DNA of 64,000 nucleotides from an uncultured Planctomycetales bacterium (GTDB lineage Bacteria > Omnitrophota > Gorgyraeia > Zapsychrales > CAYRXT01), in the NCBI GenBank assembly GCA_964428315.1, contig CAYRXT010000003.1:4151-68150 (forward strand), written 5' to 3'. The notes under the pieces are model-generated. The model saw only the letters and a list, made by a program, of their open reading frames with translations, did no database searches and was not told the origin of the DNA. How positions within the stretch are numbered: the first letter of the stretch is position 1; the number at the start of each line of letters is the position of its first letter. Positions 11,389-19,108 of this stretch are shown here, piece by piece. The position numbers and the translations under genes are program-made.

Positions 11389-12143
11389 GACCTGTGGAAC
11401 GCGGACCGCGCCGCGCTGCGTGCCAGAAGGCACAAAAATTTCGTATTGCCGACGATATAACGTTTGCCCAGCCGCCGGGGTTCAGACATCAGCCGGAACA
11501 ACCATTCTAAACCGCTTCTTTGCATCCAGCAAGGGGCCTGCCTCTTTTCTCCGGAAAGGAAATCGAAGGCCGCCCCCACCCCGATCATCACCGGCGCCTC
11601 CAGGGCGGATCTGTTTTCGGCCATCCAGAAATCCTGCCTGGGCGAACCAAGTCCGACCCAGAGGATGTCAGGACTGGCCTTGTTAATGACGTCGACCATC
11701 CTGCGGTTTTGCTCCTCCGTGAACGCGCCGAACGGCGGGGCCAGGATTCCCGCGATCCCGATGCCCGGGAACTTCTTCTTGAGATTGTCCGCCAGCCGTC
11801 CGCACACTTCCGGCGTTGAACCGAAAAAGAAATGCGTAAACCTCCGCTTCAGTCCGTACCCGCACAACGCCAGAAGAAGATCGGGACCGTAAGTCCGGGC
11901 GATCATCCTTGACCCCCGGGCCTTCCCCAGCCAGACAAGCGGCATACCGTCGGGTGTGACGATCTCCGCATTGTTGACAACGCGGCGGTACCTTGGATCA
12001 TCCGCCGCCGCCACGATGGTAGAGACCGGGGCGACACACACATAGCCTTTGCGCCTTTGCGCGATCCACGCTTCAATATACCCGCATGTTTCCGAAAGAT
12101 TGGTGTCCGAGACCTCTACACCTAACACGTTAAAGCGGTTCAT
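11385..12143 (-). CDS. WecB/TagA/CpsF family glycosyltransferase (GT26)
   Basis: PDGMPLVW, GPDL, WVGLGSPRQD, GVGAAFDF and GLEWLFRL motifs. ATG 12143 overlaps the upstream TGA. Confidence 0.93.
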   Translation of the reverse strand: MNRFNVLGVEVSDTNLSETCGYIEAWIAQRRKGYVCVAPVSTIVAAADDPRYRRVVNNAEIVTPDGMPLVWLGKARGSRMIARTYGPDLLLALCGYGLKRRFTHFFFGSTPEVCGRLADNLKKKFPGIGIAGILAPPFGAFTEEQNRRMVDVINKASPDILWVGLGSPRQDFWMAENRSALEAPVMIGVGAAFDFLSGEKRQAPCWMQRSGLEWLFRLMSEPRRLGKRYIVGNTKFLCLLARSAARSAFHRS

Positions 12144-12877
12144 TGTCCCGCCGTTTCTTCCGCCTTCACGGAATCGTTCACGATCCAGTACTTCAAGATA
12201 ACGCATATCGCCTGGAATCCGTCCCTCCAGGTTATCTTTTTGCCTTCGTCGTACGTCCGCCCGCTGTACGACACACCCACCTCGTAGATGCGGCACCTGC
12301 GCCGGGCGATCTTGGCCGTGACCTCCGGTTCGACGCCGAAACGGTTGGACCTTAAGGGGATGGCCTTGAGCAGATCGCAACGGAAGGCCTTGTATCCCGT
12401 CTCCATGTCCGTCAAATTAAGATTCGTAAAGACATTGCTCATCAGGGTCAACAGCTTGTTGCCGACATAGTGCCAGAAAAACAGGACCCTCTTCGACTGC
12501 GTTCCCACGAAACGCGAACCGTAAACGCAGTCCGCCCGCCCGTCGATTATGGGTTCGAGCATCAGCGGATAATCCTCCGGATCGTATTCCAGGTCGGCGT
12601 CCTGAATGATACAGATGTCGCCGGTCATGTTCTCGACAGCCGTGCGAAGGGCCGCGCCCTTCCCGGCATTCTGTTCATGGTAAAAGGCCCGGATGTCGGG
12701 ACGAAAGGACTTCTCCAATTCACGGATGATCTCCCCTGTCCCGTCGGACGAACAGTCATCAACGACGATGATCTCCTTTTCGCGCACACCGTCGATCTTC
12801 TGTCCCAGGACGCGCTGGACACAGTGCCGCAGCCATCTCTCCTCGTTATACGCCGGTATCAAAACGCTCAATTTCAT
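12140..12877 (-). CDS. GT2 glycosyltransferase, DPM1-like
   Basis: IPAYNE, VDDCSSDGT, GKGAA, QDADLEYDP, YGSRF and TDMETGYK motifs. Confidence 0.92.
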   Translation of the reverse strand: MKLSVLIPAYNEERWLRHCVQRVLGQKIDGVREKEIIVVDDCSSDGTGEIIRELEKSFRPDIRAFYHEQNAGKGAALRTAVENMTGDICIIQDADLEYDPEDYPLMLEPIIDGRADCVYGSRFVGTQSKRVLFFWHYVGNKLLTLMSNVFTNLNLTDMETGYKAFRCDLLKAIPLRSNRFGVEPEVTAKIARRRCRIYEVGVSYSGRTYDEGKKITWRDGFQAICVILKYWIVNDSVKAEETAGQ

Positions 12878-12934
12878 CGCCCGCCCTACCTCCCTCTTAT
12901 TCTCGTGTTTCCGTTTACCGGCTCATAAGCCGCC

Positions 12935-13633
12935 TCATCGTCTTTGAAAAGCCTTCTCCCACATCAAAAGGACGTGATCCCAGACCACCCGGGCCGACAA
13001 TTTACTGCGGCCGCAGTGACGGCCGCGGAACTTGTAGGGGATCTCCTTAAGCCGGACAGGTCCCGGGGAAGACGCGCACAGATCCAAAAGAATCTTGTAG
13101 CCCCGGCCCGAGAGGCCCGGCCGGCATGCTTCGAAAAATTCCCTGCGCACAACAAAAAAACCGCTCATGGGATCCTTGATACCGGTCCGGCTTATGCGCC
13201 GTCCCAGCCAGGTGGCCGTCCGGCTGATCCATGCCCGCGGTGCCGACAACCCCTGCGCCCCCCCGCCTTCAACATACCGGCTTCCGACAGCCACATCGCA
13301 GTCCTCCTCTTTCAAGGCCTCCACCATGGCCGGGATAATGGTCTCGTCATGCTGAAGATCCGCGTCCATGACCCCAAGAAATTCCGCCCGGCTGACTGCC
13401 ATCCCTTCAATGCACGCGGATGAGAGACCCCGCCGGCCGATCCGTTTCAGGCAGCGAACCCGCCGGTCCTGGCGGGCCACCTCGGAGACGGCCCCGGCCG
13501 TTCCGTCAGGAGAATCATCGTCGACAAAGATGATTTCCCAGTCGATGCCTTCCAGCACGCGTCTCAGTCTCTCGTACAGCGTCCGGATATTCTCTTTTTC
13601 ATTGTATGTGGGGATCACCATGCTTAATTCCAT
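12935..13633 (-). CDS. Polyprenol monophosphomannose synthase-like GT2
   Basis: PTYNEKEN, VDDDSPDGT, RRGLSSA, MDADLQHD, GSRY and DPMSGFF motifs. Confidence 0.9.
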   Translation of the reverse strand: MELSMVIPTYNEKENIRTLYERLRRVLEGIDWEIIFVDDDSPDGTAGAVSEVARQDRRVRCLKRIGRRGLSSACIEGMAVSRAEFLGVMDADLQHDETIIPAMVEALKEEDCDVAVGSRYVEGGGAQGLSAPRAWISRTATWLGRRISRTGIKDPMSGFFVVRREFFEACRPGLSGRGYKILLDLCASSPGPVRLKEIPYKFRGRHCGRSKLSARVVWDHVLLMWEKAFQRR

Positions 13634-13651
13634 GATAAATATTCCTCATCC

Positions 13652-15043
13652 TCACCTTTTCCGCGGCAGCCACCGGTCCCAAAAGACCGCGACGCATATG
13701 ATGTACAGCGGCGCGACCGGCAGGGCGTATCTCGTCAAAATCGAATAACACGAATACAGGGCCATAAAGGGAACGATAACGAGCAGAGTAAAGGCCGGCA
13801 GTGCCGCCCCGCCGTCCCCGGAAAATATCCGCCTTCCTTTCGCAAGGACGCGGGCTAAAACATAGAAAAACCCGAACGCGGTCAAAAGCCCCGTCACGGC
13901 ACGCACGCCGTAACGCACAGCCTTCGCGTCATAGATTTTCCCCAGCCAGTCCGGATAATTGACAAAACCGATTTGGGTTGATTCCCAAAAAAACAGTTTG
14001 GGCGCCTCGAGCAGCATAAATAAAATGAATTTTGCCGGGTTCTCCCTGATAAAACGGAAAGTCAGGCGAAGGGTTTCGCCGGACCGCTCGTCGTCCGGAA
14101 CGCCTTTTAGGTACCGCTCAAGGTCCACGAGCCCGTAATAATCGGTCGTGGTGAAATTACAGTACGCGCATTCCTCCCGGGTAAAAAACATCCGGCACAC
14201 CCCGTCCCCGGGGATGTTCGCGACATGGGCGGCGACGATCCGCGGTGTCACCTCGCGGCTGCGCTTGTAGGCCGAACCGAAGAGCATCCAGTCGAAACGG
14301 TTGGTAAAGGCGTAGTTACCGTTATGCACCTTGTTCAGGTATTTGTATCCGGCCACGCCGCCCTCAAAAAGGAGGAGCACGGTAAAAAGGAATACGGCCG
14401 TATTCTTCAAACACCTCTTGTCCCTGGACGCTAAACTCTGAAAAAACCGGAAAACAAAAGGGATCAGGCATAAGAAATAAACATACTGGAACACGCCTTT
14501 GGAAAAGACACTCAGGCTGAAGGCTAGGCCCGTCAGAAGCGACCATCCCAAGACCCGCCGGATCCCGGCGTCGAGGAGCAAAAGCCACGAACGGTAAAGG
14601 CAATACACGGTGGCCAGGACAAAGGGAAAACTCATGATCTCGGAAAAAAGACTCATGCTCGCGTTAATAAGGGCGGGCGATAGTCCGATGTAGAGCACCG
14701 CCGCCATTTTGACGCCTTCCCTCACCCTTAGCCGCGAAAGGATCAACAGCGCCATGACCTGGGTCAGGAAAAGGAGGAAAACCTGAAAGATCTTCTGAAT
14801 GCTCTGGTACTGGGCCCCGAAAAGTTCAGCCATTTTCATCGAAAAGGCGATGGACAAAGGGTAAAGCGGCTCTCTGCGCGGGCCGCTCTTCAGATAGCCG
14901 TCGACGAAGCCGCGCTCTACGATCCGCTCCCCCAGCCCTTCATAGCTCCTGGCGTCCATACTGATGTTCATACGGCTCGCAAAGATTAAATGGGCCCAGA
15001 AAACAAAACAGAGGCTGAAAATAATTATCCATATCTTTTTCAT
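13652..15043 (-). CDS. Multi-pass membrane protein, putative GT-C (ArnT/PMT-like)
   Basis: First TM followed by DARSY...REPLYP, then SE after a TM, and a C-terminal RYALP. Lies next to GT2 synthases. Confidence 0.6.
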   Translation of the reverse strand: MKKIWIIIFSLCFVFWAHLIFASRMNISMDARSYEGLGERIVERGFVDGYLKSGPRREPLYPLSIAFSMKMAELFGAQYQSIQKIFQVFLLFLTQVMALLILSRLRVREGVKMAAVLYIGLSPALINASMSLFSEIMSFPFVLATVYCLYRSWLLLLDAGIRRVLGWSLLTGLAFSLSVFSKGVFQYVYFLCLIPFVFRFFQSLASRDKRCLKNTAVFLFTVLLLFEGGVAGYKYLNKVHNGNYAFTNRFDWMLFGSAYKRSREVTPRIVAAHVANIPGDGVCRMFFTREECAYCNFTTTDYYGLVDLERYLKGVPDDERSGETLRLTFRFIRENPAKFILFMLLEAPKLFFWESTQIGFVNYPDWLGKIYDAKAVRYGVRAVTGLLTAFGFFYVLARVLAKGRRIFSGDGGAALPAFTLLVIVPFMALYSCYSILTRYALPVAPLYIICVAVFWDRWLPRKR

Positions 15044-15088
15044 GAGACTTCCTTTTTTCCGACGGTTTTCTTTTTTTTACATCCTCTT

Positions 15089-15202
15089 TGGATGCCCGCT
15101 TAAGGCGTACGGCCGACAGCGCCTCTGTGAGGGAGATGAAAGTCCCTTTAACTATGTCATGCCCGCCGAGCAGGCCCATTAAGGGGCGGAAGCGGGCATC
15201 CA
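15089..15202. repeat. 114-bp palindromic intergenic element, copy B
   Basis: Perfect 13-bp terminal inverted repeat tggatgcccgctt / aagcgggcatcca. Colinear with 9847-9960. Confidence 0.82.
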
Positions 15203-15210
15203 GGTCATTC

Positions 15211-16413
15211 TCAATCTGACGCAACGGATTGTCGCCGCTTCGACTCCCGCAAAGCGTAAGCGTACACCTCCATCAGCCTCTCATGATTCTTATCCGGAGA
15301 CAGTTCCCGTTCATAATGCGTCTTCATATTTTCGCGGATACCGGGAAGCACATGCTCATTGCGCATAATCCACCGCACTTTTGCGGCCAGTGATTCCGCC
15401 GCCGGCTCAAAAAGGAATCCCGTTTCCCCCTCCTTCACCAGTTCCGGCATACCGCCCAGGCGGCTCACCGCAAGAGGCACCTGGCAGGCAAACGCCTCGG
15501 CCACTGTCCGGGGAAAATTCTCATAACAGACCGAAGGGACGATCATGAGTTTCGCGCCGCGAAGAGTCGCGTCATATTCAACGGGACTGAGAAAACCGCG
15601 GAATTCGACATGCTCAAGGTCATTTTGCCGGACAAAGGCCTTCATCTCATCAAACAACGGGCCCTGCCCAACGACTTTCAAAGTCAGGTCCGGGATGGAC
15701 GCCCACGCCTGGAGAAGAATCCGGATCCCTTTTTCTTCGCTCAAACGTCCCGCAAAAAGGGCATACCCTCTGTCTTCACTTTTGGCCTCACCGGAGGTGA
15801 ACGCGACATGCGGTTTGACAAAGATCTTCTCCGCCGGGACGCCGGCTGCGGCGTATTTCTGCCGGCCGAATTCCGTGGCCATGATGTAGGCGTCGACCAT
15901 GCGCGTCCAGGTGCCTCTCTTCCAGTGGTCTTCCAGCATCCGGACCATGACAAAGGTCAGCAAACGCGAATTCTTATAGCATCCGTAGCGCACGCCCCTG
16001 CGCAGAGACTTGTGCTCCCGGCACTCCTCGCATATCCTTCCGTCACGCAGAAAAAGGGCGTTCGAACATAAGAGCCGGAAATTGTGCTGGCTCTGCACGA
16101 CCGGGACCCCTTCGTCCCGGCAGGCCGCGTACACCGAAGGGGACAGCATGAAAAAGATGTTGTGGAAATGCGCGACCTCCGGCCGGAAATCCGCGATCAC
16201 CCTGCGCATGGCGTCATACGATTCCCGCGACCAGCGCATATCCGCGAAAAACCGCAGCGTCCGCAAAGGCGAAAGCCCGTCGAGCTCGCTGTTGCTGCGT
16301 TCATAATAACGCACCTCGTGGCCGTAACGACGCAGGAGATCGCGTTCGTTTTCGGCCACCGCGTCTTCCCCGCCGGGATGGCGGTACCGGTTGTGAGCGA
16401 TCAAGATACGCAT
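15211..16413 (-). CDS. GT4 glycosyltransferase
   Basis: GGED, HFHN, GRLSEEKG, YENFPRTVAEA and GGMPELV motifs. Confidence 0.92.
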   Translation of the reverse strand: MRILIAHNRYRHPGGEDAVAENERDLLRRYGHEVRYYERSNSELDGLSPLRTLRFFADMRWSRESYDAMRRVIADFRPEVAHFHNIFFMLSPSVYAACRDEGVPVVQSQHNFRLLCSNALFLRDGRICEECREHKSLRRGVRYGCYKNSRLLTFVMVRMLEDHWKRGTWTRMVDAYIMATEFGRQKYAAAGVPAEKIFVKPHVAFTSGEAKSEDRGYALFAGRLSEEKGIRILLQAWASIPDLTLKVVGQGPLFDEMKAFVRQNDLEHVEFRGFLSPVEYDATLRGAKLMIVPSVCYENFPRTVAEAFACQVPLAVSRLGGMPELVKEGETGFLFEPAAESLAAKVRWIMRNEHVLPGIRENMKTHYERELSPDKNHERLMEVYAYALRESKRRQSVASD

Positions 16414-16483
16414 GTTTTAACCGGAATTTTTCCGATGCCAGATGCCCGGTATCCAGTAAATCTCTAAGCAACACATTCCAAAT

Positions 16484-17404
16484 TCAACGCATCGTGTCCC
16501 TGTAATATTCCAGCGTCTGTCCCAGGCTTTCTTTCAAACGGACTTCCGGCTGCCAATCCGAAATCCGCCGCAGTTTCCGGTTCGACCCGACGCTGACGGG
16601 AATTCCTCTTGAAGAGTCTTTATTCTCTTTGATGTTGATCGTTCTTTTGTGTGCCTGGGTGAGCAGACAATGGACGACAGAACGCACGGCGCGCCCTTTT
16701 CCTGAGCTGACATGATAGATCTCTCCGGCCCTGCCGCGCCGGGCCACGGCCCAGAGACCGCGGCAGACATCCCGCACGTCGAGAAAATCCCGTTTCGCGG
16801 ACAGGTCACCCGTTTTGAGAACGTGTTTACTTATCATCCTTTCCATGAGGACAATATCACGGGCGAACGCCCCCGTGGAAAGGACCGGCGGCGTCCCGGG
16901 CCCGGTGATATTAAAAATCCGCGCGATGACCACGTCCAGCCCATTCCGGGCGAACATCAAGCCGAGCGCGGTCTGCATATATTTCACATAGCCGTACCAG
17001 CTCAGCGGACGGGGACAATCCTCTTCGGTAAGCATCCCGCCGCCGGTTTTCTGTCTCCCGTATTCGGCCGCACTGCCGGGAAGGACCACGCGAATAGCCT
17101 TCTTTTCACCGCAAATGGCATCCAGCAGGTTCGCCGTTGACCGGACATTCGACCTGATGAGGCCTTCCCTCTCTCCGGACCGTCCCCCGGCGAGATGAAA
17201 TACGATGTCAGGACGGAGAAGGGCCACGCATTTTCTTACCTGCGCCGGCGAACCCATGTCGCAACGCAAATATTTCTTTTCATTTCGCGGCCCGCGGATA
17301 TCACAGCCATAAATGTCCCAACGCGGCGCAATCTCCTCAAGACAGCATTTGAGGGCCCCTCCCAAGAAGCCTTTCACGCCGGTGATCAATATGCGTTTCT
17401 TCAT
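16484..17404 (-). CDS. NAD-dependent sugar epimerase/reductase (Rmd-like SDR)
   Basis: TGVKGFLG, GSAAEYG, YGYVK, RIFNITGPG and GDLSAKRDFLDVRD motifs. Confidence 0.8.
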   Translation of the reverse strand: MKKRILITGVKGFLGGALKCCLEEIAPRWDIYGCDIRGPRNEKKYLRCDMGSPAQVRKCVALLRPDIVFHLAGGRSGEREGLIRSNVRSTANLLDAICGEKKAIRVVLPGSAAEYGRQKTGGGMLTEEDCPRPLSWYGYVKYMQTALGLMFARNGLDVVIARIFNITGPGTPPVLSTGAFARDIVLMERMISKHVLKTGDLSAKRDFLDVRDVCRGLWAVARRGRAGEIYHVSSGKGRAVRSVVHCLLTQAHKRTINIKENKDSSRGIPVSVGSNRKLRRISDWQPEVRLKESLGQTLEYYRDTMR

Positions 17405-18123
17405 GGCTTGTCCTTAAGGAACTTCCTCCCGTGCCTGCGAAACATCTCCTGCGAACGCTCCAGGTCGTCCGCGCGGCCCAGGTCAAGCCAGAGCCCCTTC
17501 ATGGGATAACAGTGCACGGCCTCGCCGGCGTCTCTTAATCTGAGCATCAATTCCGGCATCCCTATGCGCTCATTGCGCTTTATGTACCGGCGGCACCGGC
17601 GGGAAAACATATTGATGCCCGTGCTGACAAAGGATCGGTGTTCCGGCTTTTCGATATAATCCAGAAACCGGCCCTTCCCGTCGCTTTCCACGACGCCGAA
17701 ATCCGTCCTGACGATTCTTTCCTTGAGGACCATCGTGACCTGTCCCTCGTGTCTCTTGTGAAACGCCGTTAAACCTCGGAAATCCAGGTCCGTCAGGGTA
17801 TCGCCGTTGACGACAAGAAAATGCGGAGCCACATCCGGGATGAGATTAATAGCGCCGGCCGTCCCCAGAGGTTTTTTCTCTTCGACATACTCGATACGCA
17901 CCCCCCATCTTGTCCCGTCACCGAAATAGGCCTTGATCAATCCGGAGAGATATCCCGTGGCCATGCAAACCTTTGTGAAGCCGTAACTCTTTAACTGGCG
18001 GACAATGATCTCGGCGATGGGCATCCCGTGGACAGGGACAAGCGGCTTGGGGAGCACGGCCGTGTAGGGGCGCAGACGCGACCCCAGTCCCCCGGCAAGT
18101 ATGACAGCCTGAATTTTAGACAT
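17401..18123 (-). CDS. Sugar-1-phosphate nucleotidyltransferase
   Basis: ILAGGLGSRLRPYT, PKPLVP, PLGTAG, NGD and WLDLG motifs. Start moved to ATG 18123. Confidence 0.9.
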   Translation of the reverse strand: MSKIQAVILAGGLGSRLRPYTAVLPKPLVPVHGMPIAEIIVRQLKSYGFTKVCMATGYLSGLIKAYFGDGTRWGVRIEYVEEKKPLGTAGAINLIPDVAPHFLVVNGDTLTDLDFRGLTAFHKRHEGQVTMVLKERIVRTDFGVVESDGKGRFLDYIEKPEHRSFVSTGINMFSRRCRRYIKRNERIGMPELMLRLRDAGEAVHCYPMKGLWLDLGRADDLERSQEMFRRHGRKFLKDKP

Positions 18124-19108
18124 TGTAGATCTCCGGTTTATATCGGTTGAGGTTGTCCTTGAACCAGCGGCAGGTCTTTTCCAGACCAGCCTCCAAATCG
18201 ACCTCGGTCTGCAATGAGACAAGCGAACGGAGTTCTCCGGCGTCGCAAACAAGCCTTTCCACTTCGCTTTTCGGCGGACGGAACCGTTCCTTCTTTTGGA
18301 CGATTCCGGCCCTGCGCCCTGTCATACGGCACAGCATACCGAACACGTCCCGGATCGAAGCTTCTCTCCCGCTGCCGTAGTTGAAGGTCCTGCCGATGGC
18401 CCGGTCTTCCCCGGCCAGCGCCAAAAAGGCATTGACCGTATTACCGACATAATTGAAATCCCGGGTGGAACCGATGTTTCCCAGGGCGACGGACTTTTTC
18501 CCCGCGTAAAGCTGGCTGATGATAGTCGGGATCACCGCGCGGGCCGACTGGCTCGGCCCGAAGGTGTTGAAGGGACGCAGGACCGTCACCGGCAGATCAA
18601 AGGAACGGTAAAAAGACAGCGCCAGCGTGTCGGCCCCGGCCTTGGTGGCGGCGTACGGGCTCTGGGGATTGACCGGATGTTTCTCATCGATGGGGACATA
18701 CTGGGCGGTCCCGTAAATCTCACTCGTCGAGGTATGGACCACCTTTTCCGCGCGGTGTTTTCTCGCGGCCTGAAGGATATTGAGCGTGCCCTTGATATTG
18801 GTGTCCACATAGCTGTCCGGGGAATGATAGCTGAAGGGGATGCCGATCAAGGCCGCGAGGTGGAAGACGACGTCGATGTCTTCCACCGCCTTTTCGACGC
18901 CGTGGGGATCACGCACATCCCCGGTGAAGATGTCAATCTTCCGTTTCTTCTTTTCCGGCAGAGTGTCCAGCCACCCCCAGTGGTTAAAGGCGTTGTAATA
19001 GACAAAGGCGCGGACCGTGGCTCCTTTGCCCAGTAAACGCTCCGTTAAATGGCTTCCGATGAATCCGTCGGCGCCTGTCACCAATACTCTTTTCCCCACC
19101 CAGTTCAT
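18116..19108 (-). CDS. NDP-sugar 4,6-dehydratase, LegB-like
   Basis: TGADGFIGSHL, YNAFNHWGWLD, LAALIGIPFSY, STSEIYGTA, QSPYAATK, QSARAVIPTI and SEVERL motifs. Confidence 0.85.
   Translation of the reverse strand: MNWVGKRVLVTGADGFIGSHLTERLLGKGATVRAFVYYNAFNHWGWLDTLPEKKKRKIDIFTGDVRDPHGVEKAVEDIDVVFHLAALIGIPFSYHSPDSYVDTNIKGTLNILQAARKHRAEKVVHTSTSEIYGTAQYVPIDEKHPVNPQSPYAATKAGADTLALSFYRSFDLPVTVLRPFNTFGPSQSARAVIPTIISQLYAGKKSVALGNIGSTRDFNYVGNTVNAFLALAGEDRAIGRTFNYGSGREASIRDVFGMLCRMTGRRAGIVQKKERFRPPKSEVERLVCDAGELRSLVSLQTEVDLEAGLEKTCRWFKDNLNRYKPEIYNV

Noticed and set aside
16432-16459. Possible third heptamer run (ccgatgc-cagatgc-ccggtat-ccagtaa)
   Set aside because: Too short and degenerate to distinguish from chance by eye.
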